Below are positions 7,744 to 16,121 of a DNA stretch of 64,000 bases, one piece after another. The position numbers and the translations under genes are program-made. Location: IMG/VR virus record IMGVR_UViG_3300020171_000004, positions 1-64,000 of that record; one strand, 5' to 3'. The DNA comes from a virus. Under the pieces are notes generated by a model. The model was not told the origin of the DNA. It worked only from the letters and a program-made list of their open reading frames with translations, and ran no database searches. The number at the start of each line of letters is the position of its first letter. Position 1 is the first letter of the stretch.

Positions 7744-9689
7744 TGGATTACCGCCGATCCTGGTCCAGACAGGATTGCTGATCCAGCGCCGTTAATCAGT
7801 GCTCTAATAGCCAGTGGTGCTGGAGTATATACTCCAGCAATATATCCCACATCTGGTGCTGAACCATTCCAATGTATGCAACCAGTTAGGCTTGACCCGC
7901 CATTATCGTCTGGAAATGAGCAATGTACGCCATCTATATATAAACCAGCATCAATAGATGGAGACCCAACAGCAAGCGCAAAATCTCCAGTTGCCCCTGT
8001 TGAGGCTGCACCCCAACCAAGTACACGGACACCACGACAATCTGTTGCCCGGCCACAATAAGGGGCCGATAGCGCAGGGGTAAATGTTATTGTCCTTGTG
8101 GTATCGTCTCCGATAGCTGTTATCTGCCTGCGCACACCATCATCCCCAACCTCTATATATTGTCCAACAATAGGACTTGGCCATGTGTATGTCGCCTCTG
8201 TTGCTAGCAAAACGGTATCAGATGCAATCTCCCCTTGAGATATAGACGCCCACAAAAATGGTTCATCAACGTCTGTAAACAACGGGTCATTTGATATTTC
8301 ATTAACTGAACTCCCGCCCAAAATACCCCCACCAGATGAGGAACAATCTAAATTTCCGCTTGCTATGGTATGGTAGTCTCTACTTAACCATTCAGCTATT
8401 GTAAATTTTGCAGAAATAGACGCACAACCTGTTGTGCTAATACTTTTGAGAGTGTCACCTGGATATAAATTAACATGGTCAAAATGCGTATATACGCTTT
8501 GTCCAGGCGGAGAATCTATCTGTGCCGCCCCCGTCCCACCAAAAGCACCTGCTGGTGAGATTTTTCCCAATATAGAGTTCCGAACAGTCAGGATACAACC
8601 TTTCTCGTCATCACGACCACCCCTTGTGTTTTTAATACCGTTCTGCCCATTCGCCCACATTGTGGTATTATCAAGAACCGCAGTAGTTGAATCAGAGTAT
8701 CCACCAGAACATTTCAGTCCTGTTTCAGAACTGCGATATGATAGCACATTTTTAACCGAAAATGTCGATACCCTTCCAACAATTTCCGGCAGTGAACCAC
8801 CTGGACCAAAATTCGAAACCCCCCAAATTTTAACCCCAGTTGCCCCTGAATTTTTTGTGACAATATTTACCAGTGTGGCGTTTTCAGCTTTGGTATCAAC
8901 TCCATCTTCTGAGATTTTGTCAGTTACGATATTACTTATAGTAATATTCCTGACCCATTCATCAGTGTTTATACCGTCTCCGTCTCCGTTATCAGCACCT
9001 TTACCATCATTTACGTTGGTTATCGTGAGATTATCGAGTAGGATATTGTCACTGTAATACCCACCATTGCCGACAAAAGCCACGGCACGAACCTGATCAT
9101 TCACACTTGTAGGCACTCCCACTAGATCGTAAAACGTGCTATTTTTTACGACAACTCCATTTACTCCCCTAAAAACCATACCGTTTGAACAGTTATGTAC
9201 TGTAACATTATCAAACGATAGATTATTGCTAGTTGTGATTGTGCCATCAAAGGCCACCATCCCAATGGAATAGTTTTTAACTTCGAGCGGTCCTACAACG
9301 TGGATGTTATTAAGGGGTGGGTACACATAAAATAGAGAACTTGCGTATGTTGCACCATCCCAACCGTCAAAAATAACCTCCTCATCTGCATACGGTTTGA
9401 TTGTAATTGGATTTTCTGTGGTCCCTCCGGTAAGGCTCGTTGTTTTCGTCCCGAACTGTCTCCCAATATATGTTCCAGCTCGGAAATATATAGTATCTCC
9501 TGGCCCCGGTGCGTTCCAGTTTTTATCCCATATCATCACCTTCGCATCGCAAAATGGCTGAGTGATTGACCCTGTACCAGTTGTGTTAGAGCATGTTCCA
9601 CCTATTGAGTTTTTGTCAAAAAACCAATCCTGGCAAAAACCTACTGACGGAAACAACAATAAAGCTACTATCAGGCATATTTTTATCAT
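7740..9689 (-). CDS. Signal-peptide-bearing right-handed parallel beta-helix protein (polysaccharide depolymerase-like), 649 aa
   Basis: The N-terminus is MIKICLIVALLLFPSVGFC. Repeated beta-helix rungs are visible (VTVHNCSNGMVFRG, VVKNSTFYDL, NITISNIVTD), and the C-terminus has the GSPSIDAG motif. The coding sequence is G+C-rich. Confidence 0.7.
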   Translation of the reverse strand: MIKICLIVALLLFPSVGFCQDWFFDKNSIGGTCSNTTGTGSITQPFCDAKVMIWDKNWNAPGPGDTIYFRAGTYIGRQFGTKTTSLTGGTTENPITIKPYADEEVIFDGWDGATYASSLFYVYPPLNNIHVVGPLEVKNYSIGMVAFDGTITTSNNLSFDNVTVHNCSNGMVFRGVNGVVVKNSTFYDLVGVPTSVNDQVRAVAFVGNGGYYSDNILLDNLTITNVNDGKGADNGDGDGINTDEWVRNITISNIVTDKISEDGVDTKAENATLVNIVTKNSGATGVKIWGVSNFGPGGSLPEIVGRVSTFSVKNVLSYRSSETGLKCSGGYSDSTTAVLDNTTMWANGQNGIKNTRGGRDDEKGCILTVRNSILGKISPAGAFGGTGAAQIDSPPGQSVYTHFDHVNLYPGDTLKSISTTGCASISAKFTIAEWLSRDYHTIASGNLDCSSSGGGILGGSSVNEISNDPLFTDVDEPFLWASISQGEIASDTVLLATEATYTWPSPIVGQYIEVGDDGVRRQITAIGDDTTRTITFTPALSAPYCGRATDCRGVRVLGWGAASTGATGDFALAVGSPSIDAGLYIDGVHCSFPDDNGGSSLTGCIHWNGSAPDVGYIAGVYTPAPLAIRALINGAGSAILSGPGSAVIQ

Positions 9690-10453
9690 TGTTGACTGGC
9701 TCCTGTTAAAATATTATCAAAACCTACCGTTTGTGGTGATACATTAGACGAAAATCGCTCTCCGAATTTGGGGTCAGTTGGAGATATTGTAGGCGTAAAT
9801 GATGTTAGAACTCCAGCAGAAGACAGGTTTTCTCCAGCCTGTAATTTTGCATAAACCTTCCCGGTTGTTGCGTTCCAATCTCCTATAATATGATATATTG
9901 TGTTGATTGTAGCCGCCACATACGTGGTTATACCTGCCACACTTGTACCATCCACATGTGCCACAATTAATCTATATCCTGGACTTGTCCCAAGATAACC
10001 AGTCGCGTTATACTGAAAACGAGCAGTAATTATTGCTGTTGTGCTTTGGTCACCATACTCAAAGATACCTATGGTATTTGCAGGTAGTATAGCAAGGGTT
10101 TCGACATCAACCTCAAACCTCCCGTTCTGTGAAGTTATGCCAGTATCAGCTAAAGGCGCGGAGATAAAACTATCAATCGCCCCAGTCCATTGGATATACT
10201 TATCCGTCGTCCCTTGCACTGATACTCCAGTACCAGACAGCGTAACTGTCGTTGTCCCTCCGCTGGTACAGGCAGTAGTCGTTCCACTAGTGTGGTCAAC
10301 ATTATAAGACAGCGAGTATATTCCTATACCGTCGCAATCACCAGCAGGAGCATCAGCCCCTTTCCTCGATATCCCAGCAATAAACCCCGGTGGAAACGCC
10401 AGCGCAGACGTGGCCCACAAACACAGTATGAGTGTGATTGTTAATTTCTTCAT
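9686..10453 (-). CDS. Secreted LamG/concanavalin-like protein candidate, 255 aa
   Basis: Start moved to ATG 10453 (MKKLTITLILCLWATSALA-FPPG, a Sec signal with an AXA site). The stop overlaps the next start as ATGA. The LamG call is weak (YHIIGDWNATTGKVYAKL). Confidence 0.5.
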   Translation of the reverse strand: MKKLTITLILCLWATSALAFPPGFIAGISRKGADAPAGDCDGIGIYSLSYNVDHTSGTTTACTSGGTTTVTLSGTGVSVQGTTDKYIQWTGAIDSFISAPLADTGITSQNGRFEVDVETLAILPANTIGIFEYGDQSTTAIITARFQYNATGYLGTSPGYRLIVAHVDGTSVAGITTYVAATINTIYHIIGDWNATTGKVYAKLQAGENLSSAGVLTSFTPTISPTDPKFGERFSSNVSPQTVGFDNILTGASQQ

Positions 10454-10454
10454 A

Positions 10455-11399
10455 TCAGTTCGCCGCAAAGGTTGACGTGCCGATTGACACCGCTGTACAC
10501 ATCCAGTCATATGCATCTGTTTTGAAACTCCAACAGGCAAAAGATTGGCCAATCTGGGCAGCAGTCATGCGAGCGTAGCCGTTATCAGTTCCAGCGCTAA
10601 TCGTTCCATCAGAGGCCAGTAGATAGATTTTATCAGTAGCCCCCGCCCTGACTCCCCACTTGTTAGCTTGGGCTGTTCCAACCGTGCCAAGGATCGTCAT
10701 ACCAGCCGCAGCTGTTGGTAGGGTCATAGCCACGTCAGCGGCGGCCTGTCCAGTATTATACGCAATTGTACTGGCCACTTGTGCCGCTGTTAATGAAATG
10801 TCAGTATGTCCGTCAACTTCAACGGCAGTAATTGATTTACCAGATAAAGTCTGTGCGTCAGTAGTCCCGACAATCGTGCCACTCGGAGCAATCAACGATG
10901 TCCCCCATGTGCTTGATCCGGAATACACAGCGATTCCAGCAGCAGCAGGCCAAGTCATACCTCCAGAACCATTAGCGACCCATGAGCGCACCCCTGCAAC
11001 AGTTGATGATAGCACATAGGTATCAGTGCTGGGATTCCCAAGCGCATTCTCTTTTAATGCAACTGAATCGAAAATCTTGTCGGCTGACCACAGTTTATCT
11101 ACGTCCCCATTCGTTGCAGTGTCATTAATCAGGCCAGCAACGCTTGATGTCCATCCGAATGTCCCAACCCCAGTGGCTTGGATGATTTGGTTTGTTGCTG
11201 ATGGTAATGCTCCGAAAACATAAGTTTTTAAGCCAGTTCCAGTGATATATCCCTTTACTCCTGCCGCATTCTGCCCAAACAATTTCGTTCCATCCGCCGG
11301 AGTCTGAGCAACACCTGTTGTGTCAATGTTCGCTGTAAATCCAGTTCCAGGAATGCAGAGTGCAAGCAATGCTATCCCTAATAGTATTTTTTTCATCAT
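10455..11399 (-). CDS. Tail-fibre-like protein with an N-terminal signal peptide, 314 aa
   Basis: MMKKILLGIALLALCIPGTGFTA is signal-like. The body is Gly/Thr/Ala-rich and fibre-like (DKLWSADKIFDSVALKENALG). Confidence 0.5.
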   Translation of the reverse strand: MMKKILLGIALLALCIPGTGFTANIDTTGVAQTPADGTKLFGQNAAGVKGYITGTGLKTYVFGALPSATNQIIQATGVGTFGWTSSVAGLINDTATNGDVDKLWSADKIFDSVALKENALGNPSTDTYVLSSTVAGVRSWVANGSGGMTWPAAAGIAVYSGSSTWGTSLIAPSGTIVGTTDAQTLSGKSITAVEVDGHTDISLTAAQVASTIAYNTGQAAADVAMTLPTAAAGMTILGTVGTAQANKWGVRAGATDKIYLLASDGTISAGTDNGYARMTAAQIGQSFACWSFKTDAYDWMCTAVSIGTSTFAAN

Positions 11400-11548
11400 T
11401 CTCCGTCCACTGTTAATATTTCACCATCCACTGTCAGCACTTCTCCGTCTATTGTCAGTCCACTATCAGTTGGCAATAAAATAGTATCATTTTTATCAAA
11501 TCCACATATCGGAGATTGTATTGGATTTATAATTGATTGACTAAGCAT
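11396..11548 (-). CDS. Small protein, 50 aa, with a DGE(V/I)LTV repeat (below the track cutoff)
   Basis: Hand-translated as MLSQSIINPIQSPICGFDKNDTILLPTDSGLTIDGEVLTVDGEILTVDGE. It has a TAATG overlap upstream and an ATGA overlap downstream. Confidence 0.35.
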   Translation of the reverse strand: MLSQSIINPIQSPICGFDKNDTILLPTDSGLTIDGEVLTVDGEILTVDGE

Positions 11549-11856
11549 TATTCAAACCTTATACCAAAAGCATTACCAGGACTTGCAGGCTTAACTATTC
11601 TATATGTTCCACGAAAAGGAAGACTCACTCGATTATTATCAACATTAAGAACATAAGTTGTTCCACCATAAACAAAATTAGTCCAATCAGTATCAGTAGC
11701 AACAGCAGGGCTTGTTACTCTAGGTATCTGAATAGCAACACTTTCAGTAGTAACAAGTCCAACAATAGAAAGTGATCCATTTAAATTTTGATTATCAACA
11801 ATTAAAATCTTATTTGCTGCATCTACTGTTGACTCTATTAATGTTTTTGCTCGCAT
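11548..11856 (-). CDS. Beta-rich structural protein, 102 aa
   Basis: An intact ORF with an ATG start, coupled to its neighbours. Confidence 0.5.
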   Translation of the reverse strand: MRAKTLIESTVDAANKILIVDNQNLNGSLSIVGLVTTESVAIQIPRVTSPAVATDTDWTNFVYGGTTYVLNVDNNRVSLPFRGTYRIVKPASPGNAFGIRFE

Positions 11857-11957
11857 ATTATCACCAAAATAAATGAATTATTATATTTACACCATGTACA
11901 AGTAGGATTCCCATACTCTAATAGCGCTCCACATTGTTTGCAATGACCAGCTTTCAT
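11838..11957 (-). CDS. Zn-ribbon peptide, 39 aa (below the track cutoff)
   Basis: Hand-translated as MKAGHCKQCGALLEYGNPTCTWCKYNNSFILVIICEQKH, with CxxC...CxxC. It is the first ORF after the terminator hairpin. Confidence 0.35.
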   Translation of the reverse strand: MKAGHCKQCGALLEYGNPTCTWCKYNNSFILVIICEQKH

Positions 11958-11967
11958 AAGATTACTT

Positions 11968-11995
11968 TATATAACAATTTTTTACTTTTTATCAA
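11968..11995 (-). promoter_or_regulatory. Candidate sigma70-type promoter for the fibre/envelope operon
   Basis: On the minus strand, TTGATA-16 nt-TATATA ends 10 nt before ATG 11957. This would give a near-leaderless mRNA. Confidence 0.3.
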
Positions 11996-12010
11996 CTAAA
12001 TAAACTTAAC

Positions 12011-12044
12011 TTTCTGTAATAACAAATTAATATTATTACAGAAA
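12011..12044 (-). terminator. Stem-loop terminator candidate after the capsid operon
   Basis: A perfect 12-bp inverted repeat (tttctgtaataa / ttattacagaaa) with a 10-nt loop. It lies just 3' of gene 12064..12468, with an A/T-rich flank. Confidence 0.5.
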
Positions 12045-12063
12045 ATTAAAACTACTTAATAAA

Positions 12064-12468
12064 TTAACTAACAGTACAAACAGGAGAAATTAGCAGCGAA
12101 CCATCAGGCTTAACAAACACTACATAATAATCATCAGCAGCAGCAGTGATAGTCAATCCAAGCAAACCAGCAGCAGTAGTAGTAAACATACTCGGGCCAG
12201 CACTGCCAAGATTCTTTAGTGCACCATTCGTCAATACTGCAAGAGTTGTATCAGCTAAATCATTAGTAAGTCCAGTAGCAACCTCACTTAAATAGAGCAA
12301 ACCAGAAACAGGGGCAGTAACAGTAGCCCCATTAACATCTTTGAAAACAAATTGAACTGCACATGAACCTGTTGCAGGTGTAGCAGTAGTTGTAATAGAA
12401 TTAAAAGCAGGAACTAATGAAACGCCTTCAAATGTTGGACCAGTTTTACCAAACGAATATTTTCCCAT
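12064..12468 (-). CDS. Ig-like/capsid-surface protein candidate, 134 aa
   Basis: A Thr/Ala/Gly-rich beta protein immediately downstream of the major capsid gene. Confidence 0.45.
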   Translation of the reverse strand: MGKYSFGKTGPTFEGVSLVPAFNSITTTATPATGSCAVQFVFKDVNGATVTAPVSGLLYLSEVATGLTNDLADTTLAVLTNGALKNLGSAGPSMFTTTAAGLLGLTITAAADDYYVVFVKPDGSLLISPVCTVS

Positions 12469-12494
12469 TTTTTACCACTCTTTTTTAAGGGCAA

Positions 12495-12520
12495 TGTTGG
12501 AAGATTGTCCACTTCCAACA
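12495..12520 (-). other. 9-bp perfect hairpin between the capsid and downstream genes
   Basis: tgttggaag / cttccaaca with an 8-nt loop. It may be a partial terminator or an RNA stability element. Confidence 0.4.
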
Positions 12521-12544
12521 CCAGTATTAAAATTAGTTTCAACC

Positions 12545-12558
12545 GTTCAAAAATGAAC
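12545..12558. repeat. GTTCA-N4-TGAAC palindrome, copy e
   Basis: The sequence gttcaAAAAtgaac lies 10 nt 3' of the major capsid stop codon. Confidence 0.8.
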
Positions 12559-12567
12559 GTTGATTAG

Positions 12568-13491
12568 TTATGCTGCACCTGGTGAACCAAAAAGTCCTCT
12601 TGGATCTGACCAACCAAAACTTCCACGAAAAGTCGCTTTAAACTTCGCATTCTCAGTATCAAAGTCATTTTCAGTACCAAATGCATCAGCACGACGCTCC
12701 ATATACTTCAAACCATCTGGACAATTCGTACCGATAAACCAAGCATCAGCATCAGTCAAATAATGATTAACCTTGACACCCTGTGGAAACTTCTTAGAAG
12801 CTCTCAGCGCATTAATATCATTGTTAGCACCACCGGACTGGCCAATAGACTCCAAAATCCGAAATGCATCAAACTCAAGAGCAGATGGAATAATCAGCTT
12901 CTGTGGCATAATAGCAATCGTCAAACCACGATCAGTCTTAAATGCACCAATATCAATACATGCCTGCTCAAGTGCAGCTTCACTTAAATCAGCAGCAGTT
13001 GCCAGCTCATTCCGCCAAGTACCACCAGACTTGTTCGGATGATCAGTAGCGCAAAGTTCCTTACCATCAGAATTAGATCCCATAGTATAAGCAGAGTTAA
13101 ATGCACGATTAAGTACATTCGCACCAATCATTTCTTTAGTCTGCCGAATGGAGAAAGCTAAAGCACTTGCACGACGCAGAGCAACAGTCACTGCAATACC
13201 ATCCTCATACATCTCTCGAGTGATAATAAACCCAAGACCATAAGTCACATGAGTATAACGACTAACAAAGCCCTGTTCCTGCTCGTCATACGCAACGCCA
13301 GCACCTTCAGTCTTAACAGCCGCAAGACCAAATCCGGTAACTCCAGCTTCCTCTTCAAAAGCCTTCGTTGAATTAGTCTTCTCAAAAATATCTAGATATT
13401 CAATTGGATATTCTTTATACTTCTGACCAAACCAAGTCTTTACACCTGGAACCAAATCTTTAGCAAAATTACTAGTTGTAATAATTCCCAT
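12568..13491 (-). CDS. Major capsid protein (HK97-fold type), 307 aa
   Basis: Supported by position after the scaffold and decoration genes, by size, and by the pattern GFGLAAVKTEGAGVAYDEQEQGFVSRYTHVTYGLGFIITREMYEDG, which is typical of Mu-gpT-like capsid proteins from memory. Confidence 0.75.
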   Translation of the reverse strand: MGIITTSNFAKDLVPGVKTWFGQKYKEYPIEYLDIFEKTNSTKAFEEEAGVTGFGLAAVKTEGAGVAYDEQEQGFVSRYTHVTYGLGFIITREMYEDGIAVTVALRRASALAFSIRQTKEMIGANVLNRAFNSAYTMGSNSDGKELCATDHPNKSGGTWRNELATAADLSEAALEQACIDIGAFKTDRGLTIAIMPQKLIIPSALEFDAFRILESIGQSGGANNDINALRASKKFPQGVKVNHYLTDADAWFIGTNCPDGLKYMERRADAFGTENDFDTENAKFKATFRGSFGWSDPRGLFGSPGAA

Positions 13492-13502
13492 TATTTATCT
13501 CC

Positions 13503-14090
13503 TTATACGTCAGTTGCTGACAACATTTCATGCTCAATAATGGTAACTTCCCACTTACAATTAGTCCCAAGTGCATTATCTTCACGATCAACAACACGCA
13601 AAATCTTACACTGACCAGCTGCAGTTGCAGTATCACTTGAGTCAAGCTCAATTGCACTCTTACCTGTAGAAGTACTTCCAGAGCCTACAGTAATATCTGT
13701 AGACAACCCAACCATATCAGCACCAATTGAGTTACCAACACTGTCCTCTTGAATCTCAAAGATTACAAAAGGATCATCAACTACAAAAGCATACATTGCA
13801 GTAGATGCAGGACGATAATCACGATTCGGTGTATCAGGATGTGTCATTACATAAGGATTGTCACCAAACCCTACAACAACACCACGAATAGCAGCCGCAG
13901 CAGTAGCCTGAGTCACTGTAGGAAATTTACCAGTTGCATCAGCAGAACCAGCACTCTTAACTGCATCACCTTTAAATAATGCAGTACCATCACCTACAGG
14001 TACATAATAGGTATTTATTTTTCCATTCCAAGGTGCACCAGACAAATGTTTGACTGGTTTAAACCCGAATGGAGTATCAAGATTTGCCAT
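13503..14090 (-). CDS. Head decoration/cement-like protein, 195 aa
   Basis: It lies immediately upstream of the capsid gene, as lambda D does relative to E. The assignment is positional only. Confidence 0.4.
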   Translation of the reverse strand: MANLDTPFGFKPVKHLSGAPWNGKINTYYVPVGDGTALFKGDAVKSAGSADATGKFPTVTQATAAAAIRGVVVGFGDNPYVMTHPDTPNRDYRPASTAMYAFVVDDPFVIFEIQEDSVGNSIGADMVGLSTDITVGSGSTSTGKSAIELDSSDTATAAGQCKILRVVDREDNALGTNCKWEVTIIEHEMLSATDV

Positions 14091-14119
14091 AATATAACTC
14101 CATTAAAAAATTAATAATT

Positions 14120-14530
14120 TTATGAAATACTTATCTCACCATCCAAACCATCTTTACCAGGAGTTTTCGATCTTCGCTTGATCTCATTTTCAACTTTAGT
14201 AATATTAGCCTGACTTGCTGCACGATCCTCATTATAAAACTTTTCTGGAATTTCCATCAGCACTGCTCGCTGACCACCACCAACATGAGGATTTGCAAGA
14301 CTTCCTACTGAACCAGCCTGCCCAATCTTTGGATCACCAACCTGTACTTTTTCATCAACAGCATTCCAACCAGCATCTTTAAAGCTCTGAACTCTATCAC
14401 CCTTATCATTCACAAACCGGCGCACGAAACCGGGCCTTTTCGGTGCAGTTAAAATATTACGCGTACCAAGTGGAACTCTCTTCCTAGGTGACTCACCATT
14501 AACGCCCTTTGCCTTTTCTAAATCACTCAT
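14120..14530 (-). CDS. Head-module protein, 136 aa
   Basis: An intact ORF between the scaffold and decoration-like genes. Confidence 0.45.
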   Translation of the reverse strand: MSDLEKAKGVNGESPRKRVPLGTRNILTAPKRPGFVRRFVNDKGDRVQSFKDAGWNAVDEKVQVGDPKIGQAGSVGSLANPHVGGGQRAVLMEIPEKFYNEDRAASQANITKVENEIKRRSKTPGKDGLDGEISIS

Positions 14531-14541
14531 CTCACTTTCTC

Positions 14542-15489
14542 CTATGCTTGCATTTTTGCAATGTCATTAATATATGCTTCTTCAGTCATAATGCCGCCCC
14601 GTACAAACTGATTCATAATCTGCACTTGCTCAGCAGTTAAATCAGCTTTAGTAAAAGCAACAGTACTTCCTTTTGCAGAAGATCCCTCAACAGGACTCTT
14701 TGGGCCAACAGGATTCTTGACCTGAACAGTAGGTTTATCCACCTCAATCTTAGCAGTTGCAAACTTCTCAGGAAAGACTTCTTGAACCTTAGTCCTAACT
14801 ATAGCATAAACTCGATCAAGTGGTGCTCCTATATATTGACCAGCAACAGTATCAGCAAACTTTGCCATATCATCATCTTCAAGATACCAAGCATTATCCT
14901 TAATCCAGGAATCATAAACAGGATTAGCATTTTGAGAACTTACTTGCTTGTCAGTAACTATAGGCTTATCAATATCTTTCTGTTTTTCATCAATCTGCTT
15001 ATCAAGTTCCTCGACCTTATCTACATCAGCCAACTCAATAGCATCTCGACGTTCTTTCTTTAATGCAGTGATTTCACCCTCAAGTTTCTTCAGCTCAGCT
15101 TTATAAACATTATCATTATGAGTTTTCAAGGCACTAACAGAACCATTCAAAGCTTGAAGCTGTTCCTTCAGATCCTTATTATGCTGACTCATTGACTTCT
15201 GAATATCTTTTGATCTCAAGATATATGTCACTGCATCTACAGCATCATCACCAGTATGATCTTCACGCCAACCAAGCTGTGTAGCAAGTTCCTTAACATC
15301 AGGAAGATCATTACCTTTAACTTCAGCAACCTTGGATTCCGCAACTGAAGTCTCAGTCTTTACATCAGCTGATTTATTCTCAGCAACCTTCTCACCAGTA
15401 ACAGCTTTAAGTTCAGCAATCATTTCTGATTCTGACTTAGCAACTTCAACTCCACCAATTATATCATCAATAAAATCTTCTGACATCAT
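14542..15489 (-). CDS. Scaffolding protein candidate, 315 aa
   Basis: Acidic with long coiled-coil-type stretches (KKLEGEITALKKERRDAIELADVDKVEELDKQIDEKQKDI). It lies upstream of the capsid gene. Confidence 0.6.
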   Translation of the reverse strand: MMSEDFIDDIIGGVEVAKSESEMIAELKAVTGEKVAENKSADVKTETSVAESKVAEVKGNDLPDVKELATQLGWREDHTGDDAVDAVTYILRSKDIQKSMSQHNKDLKEQLQALNGSVSALKTHNDNVYKAELKKLEGEITALKKERRDAIELADVDKVEELDKQIDEKQKDIDKPIVTDKQVSSQNANPVYDSWIKDNAWYLEDDDMAKFADTVAGQYIGAPLDRVYAIVRTKVQEVFPEKFATAKIEVDKPTVQVKNPVGPKSPVEGSSAKGSTVAFTKADLTAEQVQIMNQFVRGGIMTEEAYINDIAKMQA

Positions 15490-15498
15490 AACACCTAT

Positions 15499-15825
15499 TT
15501 AAAAAAGTAATTTTGCAAGAACATCATTATCATTAATCAATACATAGGTTTCTTTATCTTGCCCAAGCATAGAAACACCGGCATATCGAGCATAGCTTAC
15601 CTTATCGCCAACGGTAGCCCAAGGAGAACCATCATCAATATCAGCCCAGGCACCAGAACCAACAGCAACCAGCGTACCAACTGTAGCAGCCATTTGCTCT
15701 TTATCCTGAGATGTTTTAGGTATGTAAATTCCACCAGCTGTCATTTCTTCTACCTTATCAGGCATAACCAGCAAGTGCCCACCAGTAGGAATTATTCCAG
15801 ATTGATTAATGTTTTGTTCTTTCAT
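15499..15825 (-). CDS. groES: GroES/Cpn10-like co-chaperonin, 108 aa
   Basis: PTGGHLLVMPDKVEEMTAGGIYIPKTS...GTLVAVGSG...VGDKVSYARYAG...YVLINDNDVLAKL aligns by eye with E. coli GroES (PLHDRVIVKR..ETKSAGGIVL..GEVLAVGNG..VGDIVIF). Confidence 0.75.
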   Translation of the reverse strand: MKEQNINQSGIIPTGGHLLVMPDKVEEMTAGGIYIPKTSQDKEQMAATVGTLVAVGSGAWADIDDGSPWATVGDKVSYARYAGVSMLGQDKETYVLINDNDVLAKLLF

Positions 15826-15863
15826 AATATTACCCTTTTAAATAAATGTTTTAACAACCTAAT

Positions 15864-16121
15864 TTAATAACCATCTTGGTTAACTTCATCCTGTTCTTCT
15901 ATCGAAGCATAGTGTATGTTCAGCAACTGATCAATACCGTCAAGCTGTCCAACAGCACGATTAGTAAAACCATGCGTTGACTGTGCATCACCACCAATAG
16001 TATTCCCATTCGCTAACTGATCTTTGATAGACTCTTTTACCTTCATAAGCTCGCTGAAAATCTCTTTCGTAACTGGATGCTGTTTCCATTCTGCAAACTG
16101 TTCTGCACTAATCATTATCAA
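15864..16121 (-). CDS. Hypothetical head-module protein, 85 aa
   Basis: The track ORF has a TTG start, and an ATG lies two codons in. Its start overlaps the stop codon of the upstream DUF2829-like gene. Confidence 0.45.
   Translation of the reverse strand: MIMISAEQFAEWKQHPVTKEIFSELMKVKESIKDQLANGNTIGGDAQSTHGFTNRAVGQLDGIDQLLNIHYASIEEQDEVNQDGY

Noticed and set aside
8434-9057. Long plus-strand ORFs inside the G+C-rich minus-strand genes, such as 8434..9057 (207 aa), 1583..1930, 10660..11019 and 12773..13042.
   Set aside because: They lie antisense to long, motif-bearing genes, have low-complexity Pro/Ser/Thr-rich translations and no RBS. They appear only where G+C is high, so stop codons are rare. 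I treat them as antisense artefacts.
9686-10552. N-terminal extensions proposed by the ORF track, for example 9686..10552, 6687..7091, 23771..24433, 49306..49599 and 37689..37985.
   Set aside because: The extensions overlap upstream genes or regulatory structures and lack an RBS. Internal ATGs with good Shine-Dalgarno sequences give clean signal peptides or conserved N-termini, so the shorter versions were annotated.
7740-11399. A diversity-generating retroelement acting on the fibre-like genes.
   Set aside because: There is no reverse transcriptase gene and no template/variable repeat pair anywhere in the window.
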